Part shown: positions 40,514 to 50,960 of the stretch, piece by piece | How positions within the stretch are numbered: the stretch's first letter is position 1 | Layout: each line of letters opens with the position of its first letter | Assembly: GCA_965263195.1 (NCBI GenBank) | Contig: OZ253664.1 | Coordinates: 1,763,949 to 1,827,948, forward strand | DNA length: 64,000 nt | DNA from: Vicinamibacterales bacterium | GTDB taxonomy: Bacteria; Acidobacteriota; Vicinamibacteria; Vicinamibacterales; UBA8438 | Direction of reading: 5' to 3' | Made by a program: the position numbers and the translations under genes | The notes under the pieces: generated by a model | Seen by the model: only the letters and a program-made list of their open reading frames with translations | Told to the model about the DNA's origin: nothing | The model's database searches: none

Positions 40514-41784
40514 CGCACGCGCTGGAAGCATCCGCCAGCGACCGCCTGCGGACTGCCGCCGAGATCGACCCCGAGATCGCCAGGGCGGTTCGCGACGAGA
40601 TCAACCGCCAGAACACCGGTCTGGAGCTGATTGCCTCGGAGAACTTCGTCAGCGCCGCCGTGCTCGAGACGCTCGGATCGGTGCTCACCAACAAGTACGC
40701 GGAGGGCTATCCCGGCCGCCGCTACTACGGCGGATGCGAATTCGTCGACGTAGCCGAATCGCTCGCCATCGAGCGGGCGAAGGCGCTCTTCGGCGCCGAG
40801 CACGCCAACGTCCAGCCGCATTCGGGTGCGCAGGCGAACATGGCGGCGTATTTCGCGCTGGTCAAGCCGGGCGACACGGTGCTCGGCATGAACCTGGCGC
40901 ACGGCGGGCATCTGACGCACGGCCACCCGCTCAACTTCTCGGGGCAGCTGTACGATATCGTGCCGTACGGCGTGCGGCGGGACGACGAGCGGATCGATTA
41001 CGACGAGCTCGAGCGGCTGGCGCAGGAGCGCAAGCCGCGGATGATCATGGTCGGCGCCAGCGCCTATCCGCGCGTGATCGACTTCGGGCGCATCGGCCGG
41101 GCCGCGCAGCAGGTGGGCGCCGCGATGGTCACCGACATGGCGCATATCGCCGGGCTGGTCGCCACCGGCGTCCACCCGAGCCCGGTGCCCTACTCCGACA
41201 TCGTCACGACCACGACCCACAAGACGCTGCGGGGACCGCGCGGCGGGCTGGCGCTCTGCCGCGCCGACCACGCGAAGAACCTCAACCGCGCGCTGTTCCC
41301 CGGCGTGCAGGGCGGGCCGCTGATGCACGTCATCGCCGCCAAGGCGGTCTGCCTGAAGGAAGCGGCCGAGACGGGCTTCGCGGCGTACCAGCGGCAGGTC
41401 GTGGCCAACGCGCAGCGCCTCGCCGCGGCACTGGCCGCCAGCGGCTTTCGACTGGTCAGCGGGGGCACCGACAATCACCTGCTGCTCGTCGACGTCTTCT
41501 CGCAGGGGCTGACCGGCAAGGTGGCCGAGGCGGCGCTGGGACGCGCCGGCATCACGGCCAACAAGAACGCCATTCCGTTCGACGAGAACCCCCCGATGGT
41601 GGCGAGCGGCATACGCCTCGGCACGCCTGCGCTCACCACCCGCGGCATGACCGAACTCGAAATGGATGGGATCGGCGAGCTGATCGCGCGCGTGCTGGCC
41701 GCGCCCGACGACGACCGGGTGGCGCGCATGGTGCGCGGCGAGGTCGAGGCGCTCTGCCGCAAGTTTCCGCTGTATCCGGACTAG
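40510..41784 (+). CDS. glyA: serine hydroxymethyltransferase
   Basis: 424 aa; [39 protein letters not shown] (the PLP lysine motif). Overlaps the rpiB stop by 4 nt. Confidence 0.96.
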   Translation: MTHALEASASDRLRTAAEIDPEIARAVRDEINRQNTGLELIASENFVSAAVLETLGSVLTNKYAEGYPGRRYYGGCEFVDVAESLAIERAKALFGAEHANVQPHSGAQANMAAYFALVKPGDTVLGMNLAHGGHLTHGHPLNFSGQLYDIVPYGVRRDDERIDYDELERLAQERKPRMIMVGASAYPRVIDFGRIGRAAQQVGAAMVTDMAHIAGLVATGVHPSPVPYSDIVTTTTHKTLRGPRGGLALCRADHAKNLNRALFPGVQGGPLMHVIAAKAVCLKEAAETGFAAYQRQVVANAQRLAAALAASGFRLVSGGTDNHLLLVDVFSQGLTGKVAEAALGRAGITANKNAIPFDENPPMVASGIRLGTPALTTRGMTELEMDGIGELIARVLAAPDDDRVARMVRGEVEALCRKFPLYPD

Positions 41785-41815
41785 CCGCCCACAGGCGCAG
41801 CCGGCTGGAACCGAT

Positions 41816-43789
41816 GTGAGCAAGACCGCAGGCGAGACGCTCGGCGTGCGCGTGGCCGCCGCGTTCGCCGACGGCGGGCCGTTGGCCGCCGCGCTGCCCG
41901 CGTTCGAGCCGCGCACCAGCCAGCGTGCGATGGCGGCGGCGGTCGGAGACATCTTCGCCGGGGGCGGCGTGCTGCTCGCCGAGGCCGGCACCGGCACCGG
42001 CAAGACGCTGGCCTACCTGGTTCCAGCCATCCTCAGCGGACGCCGGGTGCTGGTGTCCACCGGCACCCTGAACCTCCAGGATCAGATCTATTACAAGGAC
42101 CTGCCGGCGTTGCGCGACGCGCTGGGCGTACCGTTCACGGCGGCCTACATGAAAGGCCGCGGCAACTACCTCTGCCTCCAGCGGTTCGAGAACCTGCTGC
42201 AGAGCGACGAGCCGCGCAGCCGGGCCGACAGCACCTACATCGACGCCTTGCGGGAGTGGGCGGACCAGACGGATACGGGCGACCGGGCAGAGGTGGAAGA
42301 TCTCCCCGACGACTACCCGCTCTGGAACGAAATCTCCGCGTCGTCGGAGAACTGCATCGGGACGGACTGCCCGCGCTATGACGACTGCTTCGTCACGCGC
42401 ATGCGCCGGCAGGCGCTCGAATCCGACCTGGTCATCGTGAACCACCATCTGCTGTGCGCCGACGCGGCGGTGCGCCAGGGCGCGTACGGCGAGGTCATCC
42501 CGTCGTGCGCCTACACCGTGATCGACGAAGCGCACCAGCTCGAAAACGTCGCCACGCAGTACTTCGGCATCAACGTCAGCAACTACCGGCTCGAAGACCT
42601 GGTGCGGGACGGACACCGGCTGCTGGTGGCGGACGTTCCAAGCGGCGGGCCGGAAGGCGATGCGCGCCGCCGCGTGGACGATATCCGCTACCGGGCCCAG
42701 GTTTTCGTCGAGGCGCTAAAGGGCCTCGTCCTGGACGGTGATCGCGTCCGGGTGACCGCCGAGCAATTGGCGCCCGCGGCAGAAACGGCCGCCAGCCTCG
42801 CCGAGAGCCTGTCCGCGCTGGAGGGCAGCCTCGCGGGACTGGCCGAGGCGCCCGAAGAGCTGGCGGCGCTGGCGCGGCGCGCGGCGGAGCTGCGCGACCA
42901 GATTCGGTTCCTGCTGGACGCCGGCGACACCGGCTTCGTCTATTTCCTCGAGCGCCGCGGCACCGGGGTGTTCCTGCGCGCCGCCCCGATCGACGTGTCG
43001 CACATCGTGCGGACCCTGCTCCTCGAACGTGCGGAGGGCACCGTCCTGACGTCCGCAACGCTGGCCGTCGACGACAGGTTCGACTACGTGCGCGGCCGGC
43101 TCGGCATCGACGACGCGTTCGAGCTGCGGTTGCCGCCGGAATTCGACTTCACGGAGCAGGCAGTGCTGTTCCTCCCGCGGCGGATGCCCGACCCCAGAAG
43201 CGCGGGGTTCGCCGGCGCCATGGCGCAGGAACTCGGAGAACTGCTGCGCGCCACCCGCGGGCGCGCCTTCGTGCTGTTCACCAGCTACGCCAACCTGCGC
43301 GCGGTGCACCGCCAGCTCGACCCGGCGCTGCCGTATCCGTTGCTGGTACAGGGCTCGGCGCCGCGCACGGTGCTGCTGCGCGAATTCCGATCGACGCCGC
43401 AGGCGGTGCTGCTGGCCACCTCCAGCTTCTGGCAGGGCGTGGACGTGGCGGGGGAAGCGCTGAGCTGCGTCGTGATCGACAAGCTGCCGTTCGCATCTCC
43501 CGCCGATCCGGTCACGGCGGCGCGCATCGAAGCGATCGCGGCGGCCGGCGGCAGCCCCTTCTCGGACTATCAGGTGCCGCTCGCGATCCTGACGCTGCTG
43601 CAGGGGCTCGGGCGGCTGATCCGGCACCGTAGCGACCGCGGCGTGCTGGCGCTGTTCGATGCCCGGGTACGCACCCGGGGGTACGGGCGGCGCTTCCTCG
43701 CCAGTCTGCCGCCCGCGCCGGTCACGCACGAAATCGACGATGTACGGCGTTTTCTCGAAGCAGGCGGTGACCCCGGCGGCGGGGTGTAG
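41816..43789 (+). CDS. dinG: DinG/XPD-family ATP-dependent DNA helicase (Fe-S type)
   Basis: Walker A AGTGTGKTLAYLVPA, DEAH box (VIDEAHQL), four Cys in the Fe-S region (C..C..C..C around NCIGTDCPRYDDCF) and C-terminal helicase motifs (SFWQGVDV, LPFASP, QGLGRLIR). Confidence 0.85.
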   Translation: MSKTAGETLGVRVAAAFADGGPLAAALPAFEPRTSQRAMAAAVGDIFAGGGVLLAEAGTGTGKTLAYLVPAILSGRRVLVSTGTLNLQDQIYYKDLPALRDALGVPFTAAYMKGRGNYLCLQRFENLLQSDEPRSRADSTYIDALREWADQTDTGDRAEVEDLPDDYPLWNEISASSENCIGTDCPRYDDCFVTRMRRQALESDLVIVNHHLLCADAAVRQGAYGEVIPSCAYTVIDEAHQLENVATQYFGINVSNYRLEDLVRDGHRLLVADVPSGGPEGDARRRVDDIRYRAQVFVEALKGLVLDGDRVRVTAEQLAPAAETAASLAESLSALEGSLAGLAEAPEELAALARRAAELRDQIRFLLDAGDTGFVYFLERRGTGVFLRAAPIDVSHIVRTLLLERAEGTVLTSATLAVDDRFDYVRGRLGIDDAFELRLPPEFDFTEQAVLFLPRRMPDPRSAGFAGAMAQELGELLRATRGRAFVLFTSYANLRAVHRQLDPALPYPLLVQGSAPRTVLLREFRSTPQAVLLATSSFWQGVDVAGEALSCVVIDKLPFASPADPVTAARIEAIAAAGGSPFSDYQVPLAILTLLQGLGRLIRHRSDRGVLALFDARVRTRGYGRRFLASLPPAPVTHEIDDVRRFLEAGGDPGGGV

Positions 43790-43801
43790 ACTGGGACCGG
43801 G

Positions 43802-44779
43802 ATGCAAGTTGCGCGTGGCGTCCGCTGGGCGCGGCTGGCGTGGACCGCGGCGCTGTGCGGGACGGCTTCCATAGCGCTGGCGGCACAGGAAACGGGCGCG
43901 CTGCACGGACGCGTCGTTGACGAGCAGCAACGCCCCGTCGCGGACGCGCAGGTCGCGATACGCCCGTTCGCCGGCGACAGCGACGGCGAAGCCGTTACCC
44001 TCGCAACGGCGGCCGACGGAACGTTCCGGCACGGGAGCATCGTCTCCGGGTTGTACACCGTCACCGCCGGCAAGGACGACCTGAGCGGTGATCTGTACAG
44101 GGTCCGCGTCCGTACCGGCCGCACGGTGCTGGTGAACGTCCAGCTTGCTGCCGGGCGCCGCGACGCGGCATGGATCGCGGAGCTCGGCGACCGCGAGGCG
44201 ACGTCGCGAGCGTTCGCGGCCGGGGTGCGCGCCAGCCGCGCCGCCGACCACGCCACCGCCATCGAGCAATTCATGCGGGCGATCGCGCGGACACCCGACT
44301 GCGCGGCATGCCACTACAACCTGGCCATCGCCTACACGGCACTCGATCGGCTGGCGGACGCCGAGACGGCGTTCAGGCAGGTTGTGCAGCTGACCCCGGA
44401 ATATGCAGCCGCCCACTACGGTCTGGCCAGCATCTACACGCGCCAGGGCCGCACGACCGACGCCCAGGCAGCCCGGAACGAAGCTACCCGCCTGGCGCGT
44501 GAGCGTCTGGCGGACCGTCAACGGCGGATCGAGGAGACCCTGCAACAGATCGTCGCGGGGCTGGACGCCGGCGATACGGCCGGGGCGTTGGCCAGCCTCG
44601 AGACGCTCCTGAGACGGGATTCCAGCTTCGCCCCGATCCACTACTGGCTCGGCGTAGTCCTGCTGGGGTCGGATGCGCCCGACCGTGCGGCGACCGAGTT
44701 CCAGCGCTACCTGGAGCTCGACGGCGAAGGCGAGCATGCCACGCGCGCGCGCGCTGCGCTTGCCGATCTGGGCCGCTGA
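43802..44779 (+). CDS. secreted CarboxypepD_reg-like domain + TPR repeat protein
   Basis: Signal peptide (WTAALCGTASIALAAQE), GRVVDEQQRPVADAQV..DGTF....SGLYTV (a carboxypeptidase-regulatory-like fold) and then TPR repeats (HYNLAIAYTALDRLADAETAFRQVVQLTPEYAAAHYGLASIY). Confidence 0.7.
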   Translation: MQVARGVRWARLAWTAALCGTASIALAAQETGALHGRVVDEQQRPVADAQVAIRPFAGDSDGEAVTLATAADGTFRHGSIVSGLYTVTAGKDDLSGDLYRVRVRTGRTVLVNVQLAAGRRDAAWIAELGDREATSRAFAAGVRASRAADHATAIEQFMRAIARTPDCAACHYNLAIAYTALDRLADAETAFRQVVQLTPEYAAAHYGLASIYTRQGRTTDAQAARNEATRLARERLADRQRRIEETLQQIVAGLDAGDTAGALASLETLLRRDSSFAPIHYWLGVVLLGSDAPDRAATEFQRYLELDGEGEHATRARAALADLGR

Positions 44780-44781
44780 CG

Positions 44782-45531
44782 GTGACCATGGGCGGGCCCT
44801 CCGGCGAGCTTGCCGAGACGATCGAACGCAATCTCCGCGGCGTCCGTGAACGGATGGCGCGCGCCTGCGAACGCGCCGGGCGCGACCCCGGCGCCGTCCG
44901 TCTGGTAGGCATCTCCAAGACTTTTCCCGCCAGTCACGTGCGCGCCGCCGCGGCGGCCGGCCTGACCGACCTGGGCGAAAACCGGGTACAGGAAGCGCTC
45001 GACAAGATCGCCGAGACGGCGGACGTCCGCGGCATCACGTGGCACCTGGTCGGGCATCTGCAGTCGAACAAGGCGCGGCGCGCGGCAGCGGCCTTGGCAT
45101 GGATCCAGTCGGTGGACAGCGTCGGGCTGCTGCTGCGACTCGACAACGCGGCCGCCGCGGAGCGGACGACGCCGCAGCTGCTTGTACAGGTCGACTTGGC
45201 GGGCGAGCGAACCAAACACGGCGCGCCGGGCGAAGCCGTCCGGGAAATCCTCGATGCCGGAACGGAGTGCCGGGCGGTCGACATTCGCGGCCTGATGGTG
45301 CTCCCCCCGTGGTCGGCAGACCCCGAGCAGGCCCGGCCCTGGTTCCGGCGGTTGCGGGAGCTCCGCGACCGGCTTGTCGATTCCGGCGTGCCCCGCGCTC
45401 AACTGCGCGAGCTGTCGATGGGCATGAGCCACGACTTCGACGTGGCCATCGAGGAAGGCGCGACGATTGTACGGGTGGGTACGGCGATCTTCGGCCGGCG
45501 CGAGCCGCGGCAGGCGGCGGCTGATCCGTAG
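44782..45531 (+). CDS. yggS: YggS-family pyridoxal-phosphate homeostasis protein
   Basis: LVGISKTFP.., WHLVGHLQSNK, ELSMGMSHDFDVAIEEGATIVRVGTAIFG. Confidence 0.9.
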   Translation: MTMGGPSGELAETIERNLRGVRERMARACERAGRDPGAVRLVGISKTFPASHVRAAAAAGLTDLGENRVQEALDKIAETADVRGITWHLVGHLQSNKARRAAAALAWIQSVDSVGLLLRLDNAAAAERTTPQLLVQVDLAGERTKHGAPGEAVREILDAGTECRAVDIRGLMVLPPWSADPEQARPWFRRLRELRDRLVDSGVPRAQLRELSMGMSHDFDVAIEEGATIVRVGTAIFGRREPRQAAADP

Positions 45532-45544
45532 CCGATCGCCGGCG

Positions 45545-46231
45545 TCAACCCACCTGCCTGAACATCCGCTTCCAGCGGGTGCCCGTGAAGAAGCGTCCCA
45601 CCCCCGACGCAAAGCGGCGGATTCCCGACCCGCCGCCGTCGATGATCGGTGGCCGTGCATCGTACGACCAGTAGACCAGCATGGCCCGGCCCTTCAGATG
45701 GCCGTGCGGCAACGGACCCCAGTAGCGGCTGTCCTGCGAGTTATCGCGGTTGTCGCCCATCATGAAGTAGTGGCCGTCGGGAATGGTTACCGGGCCGTAG
45801 TTGTCGCGCCCGTCAATGGGCGTTGCATCAGCGCGCAACGTCGTCGCCTCGGGGCGCAGGTACGGCTCGTCGAGAGGCCTCCCGTCGATGTGCACCTGCT
45901 TCCGCCGCACTTCCAGCGTCTCGCCCGGCAGGCCGATGACGCGCTTGATGAAGTCGCGTTCCGGATCCTCGGGGAACTTGAATACGAGGATGTCGCCGCG
46001 CTCGACCCGGCCGACCGGCAGCAGTTGCTCCTCCACACCGCCCCGGGCGGGACCGAATACGAACTTGTTGACCAGAAGGTGATCCCCGATCAGCAGATTC
46101 TGCTCCATGGAGCCGGTCGGGATCTTGAACGCCTGCACCACCCACGTGCGGATGAAGAGCGCCAGAATCACCGCGATGACGATTGACTCGAAATACTCGC
46201 GGGCGGTCGACTTGCGCGCCGGTGATGACAT
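45545..46231 (-). CDS. lepB: signal peptidase I
   Basis: The ATG at 46231 (MSSPARKSTAREYFESIVIAVILALFIR..) lies 2 nt after the lepA stop. Catalytic motifs are IPTGSMEQNL and GDNRDNSQDSRYWG. The track ORF extension to 46387 overlaps lepA. Confidence 0.9.
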   Translation of the reverse strand: MSSPARKSTAREYFESIVIAVILALFIRTWVVQAFKIPTGSMEQNLLIGDHLLVNKFVFGPARGGVEEQLLPVGRVERGDILVFKFPEDPERDFIKRVIGLPGETLEVRRKQVHIDGRPLDEPYLRPEATTLRADATPIDGRDNYGPVTIPDGHYFMMGDNRDNSQDSRYWGPLPHGHLKGRAMLVYWSYDARPPIIDGGGSGIRRFASGVGRFFTGTRWKRMFRQVG

Positions 46232-46233
46232 GA

Positions 46234-48051
46234 TCAGCTGCTTCCCGCCGGATCGTCTCCGATCCTGAGCACCGCGAGAAACGCCTCCTGCGGGATTTCC
46301 ACCCGGCCCACCCGCTTCATGCGGCGCTTCCCTGCCTTTTGCTTCTCCAGCAACTTGCGCTTGCGGCTTATGTCGCCCCCGTAGCACTTGGCCAGAACGT
46401 TCTTGCGCAGCGGCCGGACCGTTTCGCGCGCGATGACGCGCGTCCCGATGGCCGCCTGGATGGCGACCTCGAACATCTGGCGCGGAATCAACGCCCGCAT
46501 CCGGGCGGCCAGCGCGCGGCCGCGTACATACGCCGTGTCGCGGTGCACGATGACCGACAGGGCGTCCACCGGCTCGCCGTTGACGAGCAGGTCCAGACGG
46601 ACCAACGGCGAATCCCAGTACTTCGACACATGATAGTCGAGCGATGCGTAGCCGCGCGACACCGTCTTCAGGCGGTCGTAGAAGTCGAGCACCACCTCGT
46701 TGAACGGCAGCTCATAGGTGATCACCACCCGCTTCGCCCCGTGGTATTCCAGGTTCTTCTGGACGCCCCGCTTCTCCTGGCACAGCTTCAATATTGCGCC
46801 GACGCAGTCGGCCGGCGCCAGAATCACGGCGTCTATGACCGGTTCCTCGACGCGCTCGATGCTGCCCGGCGGAGGGAGCTTGGCCGGGCTGTCGATCTCG
46901 GTCACGGCGCCGTCGGTGGTCGTCACCCGGTACAGGACACCCGGCGCCGTAGTGACCAGGTCCATGTCGAACTCACGTTCCAGGCGCTCCTGCACAATCT
47001 CCATGTGCAACAGGCCGAGAAAGCCGCACCGGAAGCCGAACCCGAGCGCGGCGGACGTCTCCGGCTCGAACACTAACGACGCGTCGTTGAGCTGCAGCTT
47101 GTCGAGCGCGTCGCGCAGCTCGGGGTACTCGTGGCCCTCGACCGGATACAGCCCCGCGAACACCATCGGCTTCAATTCGCGGAATCCGGGAAACGGGACG
47201 GACGTTGGCCGCGCCGCCTCCGTCAACGTATCGCCGATACGGGCATCCTCCACCTGCTTGATGCCGGCAATCACGAAGCCGACCTCGCCTACACCGAGGG
47301 CATCCGTGTCGACCGGCTTCGGCGAGAACACGCCGACCTGCTCGATCTCGTATTCCTGCCCCTCGGCCATCAGCCGCACCCGCATACCCGGCCGGATGGC
47401 GCCGTCGACGACCCGGATCAGCACCACGACGCCGCGATACGCGTCGTACCACGAATCGAAGATCAGCGCCTTGAGCGGCGCGTCGGGCGAACCCTGCGGC
47501 GGCGGCACGCGCGCCACCACCGCCTCGAGAACCTCGCGCACGCCGGTCCCGTCCTTGGCGCTCGCCCGGATCGACATCGCCGGATCGAGGCCCACCAACT
47601 CCTCCACCTCTCGCGCAGTCTCCTCCGGCTGCGCGCCGGGGAGATCGATCTTGTTGATGACCGGGATGATCTCCAGGTCATGGTCCGCGGCCAGGTAGGC
47701 GTTCGCCACGGTCTGCGCCTCCACGCCCTGGGAGGCATCCACCAGCAGCAGGGCGCCCTCGCACGCCGCGAGCGAGCGGGCGACCTCGTACGAAAAATCC
47801 ACGTGCCCGGGTGTGTCGATCAGGTTCAGGATGTACGACTCGCCGTTCTCCGCCGTGTAGGACAGACGTACCGCGTGGGCCTTGATCGTGATGCCGCGCT
47901 CGCGCTCCAGGTCCATGGTGTCGAGCACCTGCGCCTCCATTTCGCGCGGGCGCAGCGCTCCGGTCAGCTCGAGGAAGCGGTCGGCGAGCGTCGATTTCCC
48001 GTGATCGATATGGGCGATGACGGAGAAGTTGCGGATGCGGTGGTGGTCCAT
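46234..48051 (-). CDS. lepA: elongation factor 4 (LepA)
   Basis: 605 aa; [28 protein letters not shown], the LepA C-terminal domain. The ATG directly abuts the CTAG end of the repeat at 48052. Confidence 0.96.
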   Translation of the reverse strand: MDHHRIRNFSVIAHIDHGKSTLADRFLELTGALRPREMEAQVLDTMDLERERGITIKAHAVRLSYTAENGESYILNLIDTPGHVDFSYEVARSLAACEGALLLVDASQGVEAQTVANAYLAADHDLEIIPVINKIDLPGAQPEETAREVEELVGLDPAMSIRASAKDGTGVREVLEAVVARVPPPQGSPDAPLKALIFDSWYDAYRGVVVLIRVVDGAIRPGMRVRLMAEGQEYEIEQVGVFSPKPVDTDALGVGEVGFVIAGIKQVEDARIGDTLTEAARPTSVPFPGFRELKPMVFAGLYPVEGHEYPELRDALDKLQLNDASLVFEPETSAALGFGFRCGFLGLLHMEIVQERLEREFDMDLVTTAPGVLYRVTTTDGAVTEIDSPAKLPPPGSIERVEEPVIDAVILAPADCVGAILKLCQEKRGVQKNLEYHGAKRVVITYELPFNEVVLDFYDRLKTVSRGYASLDYHVSKYWDSPLVRLDLLVNGEPVDALSVIVHRDTAYVRGRALAARMRALIPRQMFEVAIQAAIGTRVIARETVRPLRKNVLAKCYGGDISRKRKLLEKQKAGKRRMKRVGRVEIPQEAFLAVLRIGDDPAGSS

Positions 48052-48216
48052 CTAGCAGCCTGTGGCAAAAGCCCCACTGCATTCGACCGGCGGTGCATCC
48101 CGCCTGAGCTGCGTTGCTCGTCGGTCACATATCGAGAATATGCTCCCTCCTCGCGCCTTATCAGCCGGGCGCCTCGCCGGTCTCGGTGCGACGTGGGGTC
48201 TTGCCACAGGCTGTAA
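48052..48216. repeat. MITE/REP-like element, 165-bp form (arms + AT-rich core), inverted relative to the copies at 12870 and 14356
   Basis: Sequence is CTAGCAGCCTGTGGCAAAAGCCCCACTGCATTCGACCGG ... GGTCACATATCGAGAATATGCTCCCTCCTCGCGCCTT ... GGTGCGACGTGGGGTCTTGCCACAGGCTG. It fills the whole lepA-gltA spacer. Confidence 0.85.
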
Positions 48217-48220
48217 ACGG

Positions 48221-49363
48221 TCAGCGGCCCGCCAGCGGAACGAAAGTCTGGGGATACGGCGGACCGTCGTACTCGGCGCGCGGCCGGATGAGGCGGTTGT
48301 TGGCGTACTGCTCCAGGACGTGCGCGGTCCAGCCCGAGACGCGGCTGACGGCGAACACCGGCGTGAACAGCTCGACCGGAATACCGAGCAGCGAGTAGGT
48401 GGACGCCGAATAGAAATCGACGTTCGCGTTGATCTCCCGCTTTTCCTTCATCGCCGCCTCGATGCGCCGCGACATCTCGTACCACCGCGTGCGGCCGGCG
48501 CGCTCCCCGAGTTCGCGCGACATCCGCCGCAGGTGCGTGGCGCGCGGATCCTCCGTGCGGTATACGCGGTGCCCGAACCCCGGCACTTTCACCTTGCGGT
48601 CCAGCATGTCGCGGATGACGCGGTCCACCCGCTGGTCGTCGGCGTCCTCACCGATGTCGACCAGCATCTTCATCACCGCCGCGTTTGCACCGCCGTGGAG
48701 TGGTCCCTTGAGCGCGCCGATGCCGGCAACCACGGCCGAGTGGATGTCGCTCAGCGTGGCAGCCGTCACCCGCGCGGCGAACGTCGATGCGTTCAGTTCA
48801 TGATCGGCGTGCAGGATCAAGGCGACGTCGAAGGCGCGCGCGGCGACGGCGCTGGGCCTTTCGCCGGTCAGCATCAGCAGGAAGTTCGCGGCGTGGCCAA
48901 GGGTCGGATCGGGATCGACCGGGCGCCGGCCGGCGGCGACACGGCCCCAGGCCGCCACGACGCTGCCGAGCTGGGCCGTCAAGCGCACGGCCGTGCGCAA
49001 GCGGGCCTGCGGCGAGCTGTCGCCGGCGTCCGGGTCGAAGTGCGCCAGTGCCGACGTGAGCGTACGCAGCGCGTCCATGGCGTCGCCCGGGGGCAGCAGC
49101 CGGACGAGCCGCTGCAGCGGCTCGTCGAGCGCCCTGGCGCTGGCAAGCTGCGACTGCAGGTCCCCCAGTTCGGCGCGCGTCGGCAGCCGCTTGTGCCACA
49201 GCAGGTGGCACACCTCCTCGAACGTGGCGTGCTCGGCCAGATCGTGGATATCGTGACCGGCATAGGCGAGCACACCGCGAGCGCCATCGAGATAGCAGAT
49301 TGCGGACGAGGTTGCGACGACCCCTTCGAGGCCCGCCTTGGCCGGTGCAGCTGGCGCAGTCAT
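48221..49363 (-). CDS. gltA: citrate synthase (or 2-methylcitrate synthase) family protein
   Basis: 380 aa; LILHADHELNAST, GALKGPLHGGAN, PGFGHRVY. The ATG overlaps the TGA of the upstream GT2 gene by 1 nt. Confidence 0.9.
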   Translation of the reverse strand: MTAPAAPAKAGLEGVVATSSAICYLDGARGVLAYAGHDIHDLAEHATFEEVCHLLWHKRLPTRAELGDLQSQLASARALDEPLQRLVRLLPPGDAMDALRTLTSALAHFDPDAGDSSPQARLRTAVRLTAQLGSVVAAWGRVAAGRRPVDPDPTLGHAANFLLMLTGERPSAVAARAFDVALILHADHELNASTFAARVTAATLSDIHSAVVAGIGALKGPLHGGANAAVMKMLVDIGEDADDQRVDRVIRDMLDRKVKVPGFGHRVYRTEDPRATHLRRMSRELGERAGRTRWYEMSRRIEAAMKEKREINANVDFYSASTYSLLGIPVELFTPVFAVSRVSGWTAHVLEQYANNRLIRPRAEYDGPPYPQTFVPLAGR

Positions 49364-50943
49364 CAGGAGGTCCGCGGGCGGGTCATGTGGAGCAGACTAT
49401 ACACTGACGTCCCGGCGCCGTCCCGGCGCTGCTGCGCCAGCGAAACGCCGCCAACATACAGGAAGCCGCACTGGAAGATGCACAGCACGGGTATGGCTGC
49501 GAACAGGCCGGTTGCCAGCGCTGCGATCACGGCAACCGTGAAATACAGCCCCAGCGCCAGCTCGACGAAGGGCTGGCCGGCGCGCGTCTGCCGATACCGT
49601 TTCGCCCGCCACACGTCGCTGCGATCCACGACCCCGTACTTCGGCGTGCGCCGGAAATGAGGGCGTCCGCGGCGCAGCGCGCCGAACACGGCGCGCGTGT
49701 TGTTGACAGACAGGCCGAACCCGACCGCGATCGCCAGCGGGACCCACTTCAACTGTGACAGCCAGTCGCGCCGGACCGCGCGCTGGCTGACCGCGTAGAA
49801 GTTGACCATCGACAGTGCTGCCGCGCAGAACAGGGGCAGGTCGACCGCCAGAAAGCTCGGCGCGCCGCCCGGCGTCCGCACGAACAGCGCCGGCACCATC
49901 AGGACGGCCGCCAGCAGCAGCAGCGGATAGTTGAGGTTGGCGGTGAGGTGAAAGAAGGCCTCCAGCTTGAGCCGGAAGCGAATGCCGCTACGCAATACGG
50001 ACGGCAGTACCTTCAGGCAGGTCTGGATCGACCCTGTCGCCCAGCGCTGCTGCTGCAGCTTGAACGCCGTCATCTCGACCGGAACCTCGGCGGGTGCGAC
50101 CAGATCCGACAGGAACACGAAGCGCCAGCCCGCCAACTGTGCGCGGTAGCTCAGGTCGAGATCTTCCGTGAGCGTGTCGGGCTGCCAGCCGCCGGCGTCC
50201 TCGATCGTCTGGCGGCGCCACACGCCGGCCGTGCCGTTGAAATTGAAGAAGCAGCCTCCACGGTAGCGGGCGCCGTGCTCCAGGACGAAGTGCGCGTCCA
50301 ACAGCAGGGCCTGGACGCGCGTGAGCCACGAGTACTCCCGGTTCACGTGCCCCCAGCGCGCCTGGACCATGCCCACGCCCGGCTCGCCGAGGGACGGGAT
50401 TGCACGCCGCAAGAAATCGCGGGGCGGCAGGAAATCGGCGTCGAAGATGGCGATTGCATCACCGCGGGCGCAGCGCAGGCCGGCGGCCAGCGCCCCCGCC
50501 TTGTAGCCGGACCGCACGGCGCGCGGCAGCCGGCGAATCCTTACCCCGCGGGCGCTCCAGCGGGCAACGGCCCGCGCGGCGACCTGCCGGGTCTCGTCCG
50601 TCGAGTCATCCAGCACCTGGATTTCCAGGCGGTCGGACGGATAGTCGAGGCGCGCCGCCGCGTCGATGAGGCGCTCGACGACGTACAGCTCGTTGTAGAT
50701 CGGCAACTGCACGGTGACGATCGGCAGGTGTTGCGGCGCGCGGCCCGGCGGCGTTCCCGGCGGCCGATATCTTGTATAAAGGTAAAGCAGATAGCAACGG
50801 TGCGCGCCGTACGCGCTCAGGCAGAGCAGGAGCGTGAAGTAGAACCCGAGCAGCAGCGATTCCGGTGAGGGATTGAAGACCGCGTCAATGCGAGGCACGC
50901 TGCGACGCACGGTACAGGCCACGGTTCTGCAAGTCAATCGCAC
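49363..50943 (-). CDS. family 2 glycosyltransferase, processive (cellulose/chitin/hyaluronan-synthase-like), integral membrane
   Basis: VLDDSTDET, FDADF and QQQRWATG (the QxxRW motif) with flanking TM helices. The start is uncertain: the track uses a GTG at 50943, and the GTG at 50898 is more plausible given the promoter-like motif at 50909-50937. Confidence 0.85.
   Translation of the reverse strand: MRLTCRTVACTVRRSVPRIDAVFNPSPESLLLGFYFTLLLCLSAYGAHRCYLLYLYTRYRPPGTPPGRAPQHLPIVTVQLPIYNELYVVERLIDAAARLDYPSDRLEIQVLDDSTDETRQVAARAVARWSARGVRIRRLPRAVRSGYKAGALAAGLRCARGDAIAIFDADFLPPRDFLRRAIPSLGEPGVGMVQARWGHVNREYSWLTRVQALLLDAHFVLEHGARYRGGCFFNFNGTAGVWRRQTIEDAGGWQPDTLTEDLDLSYRAQLAGWRFVFLSDLVAPAEVPVEMTAFKLQQQRWATGSIQTCLKVLPSVLRSGIRFRLKLEAFFHLTANLNYPLLLLAAVLMVPALFVRTPGGAPSFLAVDLPLFCAAALSMVNFYAVSQRAVRRDWLSQLKWVPLAIAVGFGLSVNNTRAVFGALRRGRPHFRRTPKYGVVDRSDVWRAKRYRQTRAGQPFVELALGLYFTVAVIAALATGLFAAIPVLCIFQCGFLYVGGVSLAQQRRDGAGTSVYSLLHMTRPRTS
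50909..50937 (-). promoter_or_regulatory. possible promoter of the GT2-gltA unit (TTGACT-17 nt-TACCGT)
   Basis: Minus-strand read: TTGACT (50932-50937), 17-nt spacer, TACCGT (50909-50914). The GTG at 50898 follows 10 nt later. Confidence 0.35.
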
Positions 50944-50960
50944 ACCGCCGCGCCGCCGGC

